From Octopus vulgaris (taxonomy: Eukaryota), in assembly GCA_951406725.2 (NCBI GenBank), contig OX597823.1, forward strand, positions 52,762,001 to 52,826,000: 64,000 bases of DNA, read 5' to 3'. A program made the translations under genes and the position numbers. Below the pieces are notes generated by a model. The model had not been told where the DNA came from. It saw only the letters and a program-made list of their open reading frames with translations, and ran no database searches. Shown here in pieces: positions 38,509-54,399 of the stretch (the stretch's first letter is position 1; every line of letters begins with the position of its first letter).

Positions 38509-38923
38509 CGATGGCCTTCTTTCAGTTGCTGTTTACTAAGTACTCACAAGGCTTTGGTTGGTTCAAGGCTATAGTAGAAACACACACCCAAGGTGATACA
38601 CAGTGGAGCTGAACCCAGAATAATGTGGTTGGGATGCAAGCTTCTTACCACACAGCCATGCCTGCACCTATATGTCTGTATGTGTGTGTGTGTGTTTGTG
38701 TGTGTGTTAGAATTCATATATATATCTTTGAGTGTTTTTGAAACTATGTATATAGAATTATATGATTTTATAACTTCCTATGTGCCAAACGTGACTTGTG
38801 TTCTATGTGCATATCTATATGAGGTAATTCTGTCAAGTGTATGTATACATATGTGTGAGTGTGCGCATGTGTTCCTGTATAAATGCATGTATATGTATAT
38901 ATGTTTATGCATATATGTGAATT

Positions 38924-38924
<1 letters not shown>

Positions 38925-38975
<51 letters not shown>

Positions 38976-39055
38976 TGTCTGTTTGTTTGTAGGTGTATTG
39001 AGAAATCTATATGTGCAAATCTATGAATGAATACATATCAAAGTATGTGCATAAA

Positions 39056-39115
<60 letters not shown>

Positions 39116-39152
39116 TCTATATCTATATATATATATATATTTACACACACAC

Positions 39153-39199
<47 letters not shown>

Positions 39200-39232
39200 C
39201 ATACATATATGTACATACATATTTATCTATAA

Positions 39233-39264
<32 letters not shown>

Positions 39265-39453
39265 ATGTATATGTACATGCATATGTGTGTGTGTTTGTTA
39301 TATAATATTAATGTATAACACTGTATGCTTCTGTGAATCTTTGTATCTGTGTATATATATATATATATGTATGTCTATGAATATGTGTCTGTATATATAT
39401 ATATGCATAAATATAATAATAATATTAGGTAGTGTAATTTATATATGTTTATG

Positions 39454-39499
<46 letters not shown>

Positions 39500-39527
39500 T
39501 ATATGTATATATATATATATATATATA

Positions 39528-39562
<35 letters not shown>

Positions 39563-39620
39563 CCACACACATATACATATTACATATACATACATATACA
39601 TGCATGCAGTCACACATTCA
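38925..39620. repeat. Compound (TA)/(TATG)/(CA) microsatellite
   Basis: Directly visible. Confidence 0.9.
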
Positions 39621-40364
39621 TATATGGATTATGCTAAAATTAATGCAAGCCTGCCTGCAGTCTGTATACACATGTGTTTTTGTGTAACGCTCGTATGGCA
39701 TTGCCTATGCCTCTGTGTGCATGCAGGCATGTGAGCATGTGTGCATACATGCATATACATATGTCTGTTAGGAAGCAAGTCTGAGAATCTCACTAATGAA
39801 TTGGTCAGTGGAGAAGTGCTGGCCATAGCAGTGACAATTCAGAATAAGTAAAGCCACACTAGGACAGATGGTCATTAGGCTGGACTATAGGTAGGAATGA
39901 TGAGATGTATGTATGTATGCATGTATGTATGTATATATGTGTAAATATGTATGTGTGTGTCCAAGAGTATTTATATATGTGTGTGTGTATGTAATATATG
40001 TGAGGCCATAAGGCAGACAATCTTAAGAAGTTATGGGTGGGGGTGGAGTGGGGTGAGGATGGTGGAGGAGGGTTTCCGAGGTGGAATGGTGTTGCCCTTA
40101 GTAGCTTCCATGCAGAAGGACAACTAAGATGCGAATCAAAGAAAAACATAAGAACGAAAAAGAAAGAAGAAAAATTACTTTGTGTGGAGTAAGGTGGGGT
40201 GTTGTGGGGGTGGGGTGAGGCCAGTGGATTAAAGAAAATAGGCAAATAGATAAATAGATAGAGAGAAGGGAAGAGAGGGAGAGAGAGAGAGATAGTGGGA
40301 TGGACAGATATCAAAATAGATCAGTAAATATATTGATAAGTAGAGAGATATTTAATTGGTGAAT

Positions 40365-40395
<31 letters not shown>

Positions 40396-40514
40396 GTATA
40401 TATATGTATATATATGTATATATATATAGATAGATATATATATATACATATATATACATAAATGTGTGTACACACACACACACATATATACACATTCATA
40501 AACACATACACACT

Positions 40515-40546
<32 letters not shown>

Positions 40547-40820
40547 CTTAGATACACACACATATCTATATACACATAAGTATGTATATGATAGATAATG
40601 AGACAAATGGGTTAAATGCTGTGTTTTTTATTATAAATAATGATGTTACCATTATTATTAGCAATGGTTGTTGTTGTTGTTGTGGTCATCAGTGGTGGTG
40701 GTGGTGGTGGTGGTGGCGGCAGTGGTGGTGGTGATATTGTTGTTGAAGTTATGATATTGTACCATGTGGCTTTGTACACCCTGCACTTTTTGTCATCCTT
40801 ACTGCTGCTGCTGCGGCCAC

Positions 40821-40861
<41 letters not shown>

Positions 40862-41490
40862 ATGATGATGGTATAATTGATATTTACAATGTTGTTTTTA
40901 TTCTTGTTACTGACATGATACTTGTAGGTTTTATTATTGTTATTAGTAGTGATAGGCCTGAAATCTCAGATTTCAAGTAATGCTGCTGCTGCTACTGCTA
41001 CTACTGCTGCTGCTGCTGTTGTTGTTTTATCATTGTTTTTGACAGTAGTTTTTTGTTGTTATTGGGATTGGTTTCCTTTCTGTTCAGCCCTGGGTTAGCC
41101 CTAATCCAGCAGACTTATAACTAAAGACATTCTGACTTAGCTTATCTTATCTTCTCTCTGTGTCTAGAGAGCCTAGATTTCATTATATCTCTTCTAACAA
41201 CTTCAGGTGCACTTAGGGGCGACCTTGCTACTATTTCTAGCATATTGAGTAAACGCATACAGGCACCACTGTGTTGTCTATATTAGTAATTAAGGGTGTG
41301 AGGAAGAGTAGTGTTTATGATGATGGTAGCAGCACTTTTGAAGGTTCAGGTTACATGAGTAAAGTTTGTAATGTTGTTGAGATGGCATCTATGTGGTCAC
41401 TCGCTTTCCAAGAAATAGCAGCCAAATATCTTTCAAATCACAATCTACTGTCTTAAAAAGCATGTCTTTTATAATATAATTTTATATATA

Positions 41491-41613
<123 letters not shown>

Positions 41614-41874
41614 AGCCCTAGGTGCAGGCATGGGTGTGTAGTAAGACGCTTGCTTCTTAAATAGTTCAGTCCCACTGTGTGGTACCTTGGGCAAATGTCT
41701 TGTAATATAGTCTCAGCCATGTAAGTGAATTTGGCAGATGGAAACTGCAAAGAAGCCTGTCATATATACATACATATATATATATCTCTCTCTCTATATA
41801 TATATATATATAGAGAGAGAGAGGGAGAGAGAGAAAGATACATATATAAATTAAATTAGAAATGAAACCACTAT

Positions 41875-42287
41875 TCTTTATTCTTTTACTTGTTTCAGTC
41901 ATTTTACTATGGCCATGCTGGAGCACTGTCTTAAAGAGCTTTTTAGTTGAAGAAATTGACTCCAGGACTTACTCTTTGTAAGTCTAGTACTTATTCTATC
42001 AGTCTCTTTTGCTGAACCACTAAGTTATGGGTGCATAAACACAACCAACATCGGTTGTCAAGTGATGGCGGGAGGAACAAACATAGACACACATATAAAT
42101 ATATCCATATATATTCTATAATCTTATTTGTTTCAGTCATTTGAGTGCAGCCATACTGGAGCACCACCTTTAGTCAAACAAACTGACTCCAGGACTTAAT
42201 CTTTGTAAGCCTTGTACTTATTCTGTCATTCTCTTTTGCCAAACCACTAAGTTACAGGGATGTAAACACAGATACACACACAAACAT

Positions 42288-42343
<56 letters not shown>

Positions 42344-42454
42344 GCACACATACACACACACACACACACACAAATATATATGATGGGCTTCTTTCAGTTT
42401 CTGTTTACCAAACCACTAAGTTACAGGGATGTAAACACAGGTACACACACAAAC

Positions 42455-42505
<51 letters not shown>

Positions 42506-42605
42506 TACACACACACACACACAAATATATATGATGGGCTTCTTTCAGTTTCTGTTTACCAAACCACTAAGTTACAGGGATGTAAACACAGATACACACA
42601 CACAC

Positions 42606-42645
<40 letters not shown>

Positions 42646-42920
42646 GCACACATACACACATACACACACACATACACACACAAATATATATGATGGGCTT
42701 CTTTCAGTTTCTGTTTACCAAATCTACTTACAAGGCTTTGGTTTGCCTGAGGCTATAGCAGAAGACATTTACTCAAGGTGTGACACATTGAGACTGAACC
42801 CAGAACCATGTGGTTGGGAAGCAAGCTTCTTACCACACACCCAAAAGATACATATATATATATCATCATCATCATCATCATCATCATTGTCATCGTTTAA
42901 CATCGATCTTCCATGCATGG

Positions 42921-42954
<34 letters not shown>

Positions 42955-43174
42955 TTTTCTTTTACTCGTTTCAGTCATTTGACTATGGCCATGTTGGGGC
43001 ACCACCTTTAGTCGAGCAAATCGACCCCGGGACTTATTCTTTGTAAGCCTAGTACTTATTCTAACGATGACAATGATGATGCTGATGATGCTGATGATGA
43101 TGGTGGTGATGATGATGATATATATATGTATCTTTTGGGTGTGTGGTAAGAAGCTTGGAAGATCGATGTTAAAC

Positions 43175-43211
<37 letters not shown>

Positions 43212-43294
43212 GGTCCAGTCCCACTGCGTGACACCTCGAGTAATTGTCTTCTGCTATAGCCTCAGTATCAAGTGATGGTGGGGGACAAATACAG

Positions 43295-43330
<36 letters not shown>

Positions 43331-43495
43331 GACAGGCTTCTTTCAGTTTCCGTCTACCAAATCCACTCACAAGGCTTTGGTCGGCCCGAGGCTATAGTAG
43401 AAGACACTTGCCTAAGGTGCCACACTGTGGGACTGAACCCAGAATCATGTGGTTGGTAAGCAAGCTACTTACCACGCAGCCACTCCTGTGCCTAT
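41875..43495 (-). mobile_element. Cluster of family B SINEs with internal triplication and inverted duplication
   Basis: Three copies of a ~150 bp unit at 42240-42722; inverted copy of 42748-42913 at 43062-43265. Confidence 0.85.
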
Positions 43496-44837
43496 GTATA
43501 TATTTTATTATTTACTTGTTTCAGTCATTAAACTGTGGTCATGCTAGGGCACTACTTTGAGGAATTTTTCCATTTTAGCCAAATGAATTGGGCTTGGTAC
43601 TTACTTTCTTTTTTCCTTTTAAGTCTTGTACTCAGTCTGTAGTGCCCATTTGCCAAACCACTAAGTTACAGGTTTGTACCCCTAGCCCCCCTCACACCAC
43701 TTGACCTCTGGTGTTGGTGTGTTTACATCCTTGTAACTTAACAGTTCAACAGAAAAAGAACGACAGAATAAATAACAAGCTTAAAAAAAGTAATAAATAA
43801 TTAGAACTCAAATCGTTTGGGCTACTTAAAATTCTTGAAGGTGGTACCCCAGCATGGCCACAGTCTAATGACTGAAACAAGTAAAAAATAAAACAAAAAA
43901 TAGGATGGTCATGGCTGGAATGCCTTTGATCATTGGTCTGTTTCTTTAGGACTGACCTGAGGCTGACAACAACATCAGTAGGTGATTTTGGTTGTGTTGG
44001 TGTTAAAACTGTTATTGCCATTGCTGTTGTTGCTGTTGTTGTTGTTGCTTAACCCCCTATCAGATTTGGTGCAGTAGACCTATGAGCAGGCATCCCAGCC
44101 TAACCAACCCCTTATTAGTATTATATTGTCTGTTTGAGATAGATTAGCTGCTATTTCTAGCAGACTGAGTAAGCGCATTGTTGCTAGAGGTGGGCTGAGT
44201 GTAGAAGGATGGTGTTGGTGTTGTTAGAGGTGGTGCTGGAGACATTGATGGTGGTGGTGGTGACGATGGTGTTGGTGATTGAGGTGGTGATGGTGGTGAT
44301 GGTGGTAGGGGTGGTGAGGACCAGCGTTGTGTCGTTATTTGTAATAGTGATGTTGTTGATATGTTATTTGTTGTTCTAGTAGTGTTGTTGCTAGTGGTTG
44401 TGGTGCGGCTGGGGTTGAAGTGGTGGTGTTGGTGGTGGTGGTGGTGATGATGAGGCGATGCTGGTGGTTGTAGTGATTGAGGTGATGGTGGTGGTGAGTG
44501 GAGGTGGGATGGGGTGATGGTGCTGGTTGTAGTAGTTGAGGTGATGGTAATGGTGGTGGAAGTTGATGTGATGGTAACAGTGATGGTGATGGTGATGGTC
44601 CTGTTGGTGGAGTGGTTATTTGTGGAGTTGCTGTTGTTATTATCTGTGCCATTCTTTGAATTAGCTGTGATATTGATGATGATGATGATGATGATAATAA
44701 GGACAATATATGTTGATGACAATCTCTCTCTCTCACTCTCTCTCATTCACTCCCTCTCACTCTCACTCTCTCGCTATGTCTATCTAGTAAAAGTAAACAT
44801 AGACAGCAGAGAAACCAAGTCTCTCTCTCTGTATCTA

Positions 44838-44925
<88 letters not shown>

Positions 44926-45048
44926 TACATACATATATTTATATATATACATATATACATATATACATATATACATACATATATTTATATATATATACAT
45001 ATATACATACATATATACATATATATATATATACATGTGTGTGCGCAC

Positions 45049-45095
<47 letters not shown>

Positions 45096-45175
45096 TGCAC
45101 ACATATATATACACACACACACATGCACACATATATATACACACACACATATATATACATATACATGCATGCATA
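44838..45175. repeat. (TA)n/(CA)n compound microsatellite
   Basis: Directly visible. Confidence 0.92.
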
Positions 45176-45182
45176 TTGTTTT

Positions 45183-45583
45183 ATTCTTTTATTTGTTTCA
45201 GTCATTTGACTGTGGCCATGCTGGAGCACTGCCTTTAGTTGAGCAAATTGACCCCAGGACTTATTCTTTGTAAGCCTAGTACTTATTCTATCGGTCTCTC
45301 TTGCTAAACCGCTAAGTTACGGGGACATAAACACACCAGCATCAGTTGTCAAGCGATGTTGGGGGGGACAAACACAGACACACAAACACACACACATATA
45401 TATATATATATATACATATATACGACGAGCTTCTTTCAGTTTCCGTCTACCAAATCCACTCACAAGGCTTTGGTCAGCCTGAGGCTATAGTAGAAGACAC
45501 CTACCCAAGGGACCACGCAGTGGGACTGAACCCGGAACCATGTGGTTGGTAAGCAAGCTACTTACCACATAGCCACTCCTGCA

Positions 45584-45586
<3 letters not shown>
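45183..45586 (-). mobile_element. SINE family B, full length
   Basis: Near-consensus. Confidence 0.9.
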
Positions 45587-45652
<66 letters not shown>

Positions 45653-45672
45653 GCACACATATATGTATGTGA

Positions 45673-45899
45673 TTTATTTCTTTACTACCCACAAGGGGCT
45701 AAACACAGAGGGGACAAACAAGGACAGACAAATAGATTAAGTCGAGTACATGGACCCAGTTCGTAACTGGTACTTAATTTATCAACTCCAAAAAGCAAAG
45801 TCGACCTGAGCGGAATTTGAACTCAGAACATAACAGCAGACAAAAATACTGCTAAGCATTTCGCCCGGTGTGCTACCGTTTCTGCCAGCTCGCCGCCTT
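45673..45899 (-). mobile_element. SINE family A, full length
   Basis: Near-consensus. Confidence 0.88.
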
Positions 45900-46334
45900 A
45901 ACATATATGTATGTGATTGCCTGAGTGTGGAAAGGCTGACCATCATCCTGTGCTGGTCAGGTTAAATAGTTTGAATCTTCTTCAGCCACATTGAATTAAG
46001 AAGCAGGTGCAGTAAGAGAAGTGGAAAAGTCCACTTTCTTCTTTTAGTCTCCCTTCCGCCTAACCCCCATCCCCGCCCCACCCATTCACCACCCTCATCC
46101 ATCCACCCACTTTTTTTTTAACATCTTTCCCCATCTAGCCACCACCACCGCCAACAACAACAACAACATCTCTGTTCTGTTTCACCCTTTTTTTTTCTTT
46201 TTTGTCTTATCCCTTTGCATTCATTTTCCAATTCTCTTTCTTTCTTTCTTTCTCTGTTCCTTTCTCCAATCCTTTAGCCGGCACCACCGCCACCACCACC
46301 TCCATTCCACTTCACCTCCTTCTTGACCATAACT

Positions 46335-46682
46335 TCCACTACCACCACCACCACTACTACTACTACTATTACTACTACTACCACCACTACTCTTGCCATC
46401 ACCATTGCATCTATTTACTGCCTCTACTACTTATGTAGCTGCTCTTACTACTACTGATTATAATTACTACAGCTGCTGCTGCTGTTACTACTACTACTAC
46501 AACTACTGCTACTACTGCTACTAATACTATAACTGCTGCTGCTGATACTACTATTACCACTGGCATAATTACTACTATTACTATCTGATGTAATTATTAT
46601 TATTATTACCACTGCTACCCTGATGATACTACTACTACTACCACCACCACCACCACCACTACTAATATTGCTGCTGCTGCTG

Positions 46683-46751
<69 letters not shown>

Positions 46752-47129
46752 GTGGTGGAGACATTTCTTAGTGGGTAGATGTATGTGTATATGCTTAGGG
46801 AGCAGTCTATTATCTCCCCCACCCACCCATTCTGCCCTTTCAACTATTTCCACAACCATCACCACATCCACCACCACCACCACCACTACCACCTTTACCA
46901 CCTTTACCACTGTCACCACCGTCATCACCATCACCACTACCGCCACCACCAGTATCAGTGCATTCAGCTAAAGCAGTTACAACTGTCACCTGCTCTCTCT
47001 CCCATACACCCATAATGTACATTAACGCATGCATACATACATACATACATATATGATATATATACATATATATACATATATATGCACACACATAGATACA
47101 CACGCACAAACAAACATATATACATATAT

Positions 47130-47177
<48 letters not shown>

Positions 47178-47910
47178 TACATACATACACACATACATAT
47201 ACATACATACATGCACATATATATATGTAAACATCCATAACATACATATATATTGCATATATACATACACACACATACATATATATACATATATACATAC
47301 ATATATCACATACATACACACGTACATACATACATACACAACATACACAACATACTTACATACACATATACATATATACAGACATCCATACACACATACA
47401 TATATACATACACATACATACACACACATACATACACATATACATACAAACACACATACATACATACATGCATGCATACCTACATGCATACATACAATCA
47501 CACATACACACATGCATACATACACACATACATACATGCATGAATGCATACACACATACACACACACATACATATATGCATGCATACCTACATACATACA
47601 TGCATACATACATACATACATACATGCATACATGCACACATACATACATACATATACACATACATACACACATACATACATACATATATACATACATACA
47701 TGCATACATACATGCATACATACATACATACATATATACATACATACGTGCATGCATACACACATACATACATACACACATACATACATACATACATACA
47801 TACATACATACATACATACATACATGCATGCATACACCTATGCACAACTAAACAACTAAAGCACTACCACTGTCCTGACAACAACAACAACAACAACAAC
47901 AACAATCATA
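46335..47910. repeat. Extended (CTA)/(CCA) and (CATA)/(CA) microsatellite block
   Basis: Directly visible; source of the 276 aa H/T/Y/I ORF. Confidence 0.92.
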
Positions 47911-48182
47911 ACTCCATTACACAACATCAGCACCTTTAACCAAATCTCCTGTTCAGACTCCTCATCACAGCCATTATCATCGCCGCCCCCGCCCCCGCCC
48001 GCCCCCCACCCCGACTGTCCTTCTCCCTCCTCCTCCTCCTCCCTCCCTCCCCCACCCACCCCCCTTTTACACCCAACATCCAGACTAGTAAAAAGATGTC
48101 TTCTTAAGCTAAACTACCTTCATCATGACTGCCACCATGCCATGCCATGCCATGCCTTGCCATGCCATGCTTGCAATCCCCT

Positions 48183-48225
<43 letters not shown>

Positions 48226-49414
48226 TTTGTTTGTTTATTCATCTATTTATTTATTTATTTATCTATTTATTTATTTTATTTATTTATTTATTTATAAGGT
48301 GAAATGGTGGTGGGTGTCACCATGAGGGTACCTTGTAATAGTGTTGCCCTTGTCGTTGCAGTTATTGTTGTTGTTGCTGTTGTTGTTATAGTTCCCAGTG
48401 GCAGTGGTGATGGCGGGTGAGGGGGGGAGTATTGTGGATAGAGATGTTTTTAATTGTTGTTGTTGGTGTTGGTGGTGGTGGTGGTGGTGATGATGATAGA
48501 CGCAGTGCTTTTTCTTCTTGTGGATGTTGATGATAATGTGGTTGTTATTACTGTTTTACAGAAGTGGTGGTGGTGGTTAGGGTGCTTTTTTGTTGTCAAT
48601 GGTGGTGATGGTAGTGCTCTTGTGGATGATGTTGACGATGATGATGATGATGTTGATGATGATGATGGTTGTTGTGATGATTGCACTAATGTTATGTCAA
48701 CGATGATGTTGATGGTGATGATGATGATGATTATGATGACGATGACGATGATGATATGACGATGATGATGATGATTACAATGATGTTGATGATGATGATG
48801 ATTGTAGTGATGGTTGCACTAATTTTATGATGATGATGATGATGATGATGTCTTGGTTGTCTCTCCTCTCTTATGCTAACTGATAAAATTTTAACCGAAT
48901 GGTCAGTTATTCTGATGGCAGGAGATAAATGTAAAGTGGTGCGGCAAAGCAGCTTAAGACAATGTCCACTTGCTTCTTCATCGTCCCTTTTTTCTTCCAT
49001 ACTGTCTTACATGGCCTTCTCATTTACCTTCCTGCCACCCTGCCCTCACCCCACCTTTATTGTTTTTGTTTTCTTTTTCCATTTTCTTAGCTTTCTTTCT
49101 TTCCTTCTTCTCTCACTGACCATCTTCCCTGTCTCTGGACAGCCGCCCCTTCTGTCTCTATCTCCCTCTCCCTGTTGTTATAGCAATGGTCAGTTGTAAA
49201 AGAAATGAATTAGTTTTATTATATCTGGCCTTCATGACTCATAGTGCTTGGCAACATGGAAGCACTGCAAAATGGTGTTGTGTGACCACCACACTTTTAG
49301 ATTAGTCTCTTCCCAAAGCAGACTGTCCACTATTTGAAGCTAATACTGCTATCTACTCTTTTCTTTTTCTTTTCTTCCCTCACCATTCATCCTACCCTTA
49401 CACCCTTTTTTTTT

Positions 49415-49447
<33 letters not shown>

Positions 49448-50294
49448 TCCTTTTTCCTTGTTGGCAAGTCTCTGTCTGTCTACCAGTCTGTCTCTCTCCT
49501 TCCCTCTCTGTCTGTCTCTCTCTCTCTCTTCCTCTCTCATCATCTTTGTCATTCTCTTCCTTGTCAATGACCACAACTTCTGGCTATAGCCATCACTTGT
49601 CCACTATGTTCCCTCTCCAGGCTTCCTCCTACTCTTTTCAACCAATATCCTATTCCTTTTTCATTATTCTCTACAAACCTTCACCTATTCCAGAACCAAA
49701 CTTTGTAGACAATTCCTTTTCTTTCATTTTTATTTTTCTCTATTCCTCTTTAAAAATAGTAGCCGCTTCAGAATTTTATAGTTTCACAGAAAGCAACCAC
49801 AACACAACATAAACATACAAGCAAAAACCCGTACTCAATATAAACATGGAATCACATTTTAGCTTAGACATAGACTAAAAATGTTAATCATTTTTCCCCT
49901 CTCCTTCTCCTCTCTACATGAACTATGCATCTTGTATATCAAAATTAGCACCGTTAATCCTCCACTATTGCAAATTTCCATTTTCTTTTTCTAATTTTTT
50001 TCTCTTTATTACTAACAAATTCCAAGTAAAATCAAGTTTCGGTTTAATTTAAACAAAATATTGATATGAAACATAATCTAGGCATGGTTGTGTGGAAAGA
50101 AGCTTGTTTCTCAACCACATGGTTCTGGGTTCAGCCTCATTCTGTGGTACCTTTGGTAAGTGTATTCTACTATAACCCCAGACCGACCAAAGCCTTGCGA
50201 GTTGGTTTGATTGAAGGGAACTGAAAGAAGACTGTCATGTGGTGTGTGTGTGTGTGTGTATACAAATATATATATATATATGTATACACACATA

Positions 50295-50500
50295 CAAGGG
50301 GTTGCTAAAAAGGTCTTAGCTTGAAGGGTATCATGAAAGGCCTGCTTGAAGGACCAGCCATCTGTGTTCTCTTCAGAGCATAGAAAGACTGGACTTCTGC
50401 AATAAGTGTGTGAATCTAAGAAGGGAATATGTTAAATAAAATCATATTTAACTGATCCTCCTGTATTGGATTTTACCCAAAGCCAGGTTCTTTTCAACAT
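50295..50500 (+). mobile_element. Mariner-derived MITE remnant
   Basis: TA|CAAGGGGTTGCTAAAAAG terminus with degenerate partner; NKCVNLRREYVK* resembles the mariner C-terminal W.KC....G.YVE motif. Confidence 0.6.
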
Positions 50501-50582
50501 GTATATAGCCACCATTTAAAATGTGACCGTTGGCGATTTTTTTCCCTCTGTCTTCTCTTCTCTGGATAACTCCTTCTCCTAT

Positions 50583-50617
50583 GTTTCCAACGAAGAGCTC
50601 CGCTTGAAACGTTAAAC
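50583..50617 (+). ncRNA. Degenerate minimal hammerhead motif upstream of long (TA)n
   Basis: gttt-CCAACGA-a-gagc-tcc-gctt-GAAA-CG-TT-aaac; core has 3 changes from CUGAUGA. Confidence 0.5.
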
Positions 50618-50712
50618 CTCCTTCTTTCTTTCTTTCTTGAGCGTCCAATAATACTATATTTGTTCCACGTCCTCGCGTTGTTGTGTTTTTTTGTGCTTTC
50701 TTGTTTGGATTA

Positions 50713-50861
<149 letters not shown>

Positions 50862-51199
50862 AACTGATTTTAAAAAATAAAATATATATAGGCATGTGGC
50901 TTAGTGGTTAGGGTATTCAGATTGCAATTGTAGGGTCGTGAGTTCAATTCCCAGCGGCATGTTGCGTCCTTGAACAAGACACTTTATCTAATGTTGCTCC
51001 AGTTCACTCAGCTGTATTTCAAAGGGTTGGCCTTGTCACACTCTGTGTCATGCTGAATCTCCCTGAGAAATATGTGAAGGAGTTCACATGTCCAGTGGAG
51101 TGCTCAGCCACTTGCACATTCATCTCACAAGTAAACTGTTCTGCTGATCGGATCAAGTGGAACTTTTGTCATCATAAGCAATGGAGTGCCAGGTTTTTG

Positions 51200-51762
<563 letters not shown>

Positions 51763-51992
51763 AAGGTGGCAAGCTGGCAGAACCGTTAGCACGCCAGGCG
51801 AAATGCATAGCTGTATTTCATCTGCCATTACGTTCTGAGTTCAAATTCCGCTGAGGTCGACTTTGCCTTTCATCCTTTCGGGTCGATAAATTAAGTACCA
51901 GTTATGCACTGGGGTCGATGTAATCGACTTAATCTGTTTGTCTGTCCTTGTTTGTCTCCTCTATGTTTAGCCCCTTGTGGGTAATAAAGAAA
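51763..51992 (+). mobile_element. SINE family A, full length
   Basis: aaggtggcaagctggcagaaccgttagc...gggtaataaagaaa. Confidence 0.9.
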
Positions 51993-53436
51993 CATATATG
52001 TATATATATACACACACATAATTATATATATGTATGTATGTTTGCATGTGTGTGTGTATATGTGTGCACACATATCTTTTACCTTTTAACTTTACTTTTT
52101 AAGTTACTGAAAAGTTTAGTCAAACAAATTGACCGCAGTATGTATTTTATTTTAAGCTTGGTACTTATTTTAACAGTCTCATTTTTGCTGTTGCGCTAAG
52201 TTACAAGAACGTAAACAAACCAACAGCAATTACCAAGTAGTAGTGGGAGACAAACGCAAACACACAGACACGTGCATGGAGCCAAATCAAATTGTTTAAA
52301 CGAATAACATATGTGACTCCTACTAAATGTGTTGAGCAACTTATTTCATTTGTCCACTCAACTATTTAGGTGCAGGCATGTCTGTATAGTAAGAAGGTTG
52401 CTTTCCAGCCACATGGTTCTGGGTTCAGCCCCTCTCCATGGAATCTTGGACAAGTGTCTTGAACTTATAGCCGTGGGCCAACCAAAGCCTTACGAGTGGA
52501 TATGTATGTATATATATATACATACATACATTAGGCTTCTTTCAGTTTTTTCCTTCGTTCTAGCTTAACAGCCCTCAATGTTCATGTTACTGTTATTCTC
52601 CTTGTCCTGTCTTTCACTGTTTATATTTTGTATTGTTTTTACTGTCCTGTTTTTGTTACCATTTTTACCCCTCCGCAAAAAAATCTCAAATCTTATTTAA
52701 TTTGCTTTTGCGGGAAGGATTGTTTCAATGAAGTCGTGTCTCGCCTTTACCTTCGAACGCGGAGTAGATGAAACAGAGACGGCTGAAGAAGGGGAATGTT
52801 CCTTCTGTTGTATGTCTTGTACTCCTTTTTTTTCGTTGTTTAAGAAAAATGTCAATTTCCTTGGCTTTGTGTTTATGTTTTCGTTTCTCATTGTGTTCAA
52901 GGTTTTTTTTTTTGGTGTCCTGTACCCATATATGCATGTTTATATACATATAGATGTAGGTACGTACATATATGTATGTATATATGCATATGTTTTATTT
53001 ATTATATTGTTATTATATATATATGTGTGTGTGTGTGTTTATGTATGTGTATGTTTTTGTATTTGTGTTGACAAGTGGTGTCGATGTATTTAAGCCCCTG
53101 TAACTTAGCAGTTCAGCAAAAACGCCAATAGAAAAAGTATTCGGCTTTAAAAAACTCCTGGAGTCGATCTGTTCATCTAAAATCCTTCAAGGCTGTGCAC
53201 TGGCATGGCTGCTGTGAGCAGTCGGATGACTGAAACAAGTAAAAGATAGAAGATAAGATCTTATATATTTATAAATACATGTATATGTATGTGTTTGTAT
53301 TACACACACATGCACACTTATTCACGTGCAAATTTCATAAGACTATACAATATGCTACATTTTATCTCCCAAATCCTCAGGCTGTACCATAATTAAATAT
53401 TGATATGCTATTAAACTGATGTCATATACATAAATC

Positions 53437-53474
<38 letters not shown>

Positions 53475-53502
53475 CGTCTGCTTATATTTGCACTCTAAGA
53501 AA

Positions 53503-53877
53503 CTTGGAGTGTTGTTGCAACTTCTAACAAAAATTCATTCATTTATTTCATGCCTTTGAAAACTTCTGAAATAAAAGATTTCTCACCTGAAAACAGGTAG
53601 GTATTAGTTACAGGAATACTGACGTGACTTAGCTATGCCGACGTAGAAAACAGATATAAACTACAAGTTACCTCTGTGTGTGTGTGTGTGTTTGCCTGTA
53701 TACATATATACAAAGGTAAGCAACTTTGTGTTTATATCTCGTTTGTACGTCTGTATAGCTTAGCCAATGCTGTTTCTGTAACTAATACTTATCTGTTTTT
53801 AAGACGAGGAGTTTTCAAAGTTTTCAAAGTCATGAAGTGAATGAATTTTTGTTTGAAATGGTAATAACACTGTAAAG
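53503..53877. mobile_element. Diverged MITE with ~160 bp inverted arms around (TG)n
   Basis: acaaaaattcattca..tttgaaaact..aaaacaggtaggtattagttacagga mirrored by ttctgtaactaatacttatctgtttt..agttttcaaa..tgaatgaatttttgt. Confidence 0.75.
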
Positions 53878-53901
53878 ACGTTATGCATGAACTTATGCAT
53901 A

Positions 53902-54143
53902 CGTGGTCTGATCAATAAGTATCAAGAATATTGCCATAGTAACGAAGTTAAAGCATGCAGTATAAAGCACGGCACTGATTGACCTCGAACTCTGCAGTGC
54001 ATGCGCACTAAGGCTTAACGTTCTAGCTCACTCCCGCTGTTTGCAGCAATGCTCAGAAGGAAGATGTGTAGCGTGTAATCGTCGTGCTGACCATGACAGA
54101 GAAAGTTGAACAGAGAATCTGCATTAAATTTTGCCAAAAGCTT
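53902..54143 (+). mobile_element. Mariner 5' fragment (TIR plus transposase N-terminus)
   Basis: TA|CGTGGTCTGATCAATAAGTATC; ATG at 54093 gives MTEKVEQRICIKFCQKL, the mariner EQR..IKFC start motif. Confidence 0.8.
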
Positions 54144-54399
54144 AAACAAGCACATTGTTTCAGTGTTAAACCTTGCCTAAACCTAAAAATGAAATTCTGT
54201 AATTCATGATATTCTAGTTCTAAGTGGTTACTATTTGTCTAGTAGATGCAGGGGAGATATATCTTTAATTATATCATTATGTTTAGTATGTTTGGATAGA
54301 AGAAAGGGTTTCAAATGATGAGAGTTTCACAATAGTATTATGTTTGGAATTAAGTAAAGAACGTTGGTCAACCTTAATAGTTTCGTAGCAAGTATATGT

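Noticed and set aside
47029-47859. 276 aa ORF and the many similar YI/HT/VC/poly-residue ORFs (e.g. 51050-51838, 58299-59099, 44514-45209)
   Set aside because: They are translations of stop-free microsatellites; no protein signal.
52786-52806. CTGAAGA followed by a short stem
   Set aside because: No downstream GAAA/NUH, so not a hammerhead.
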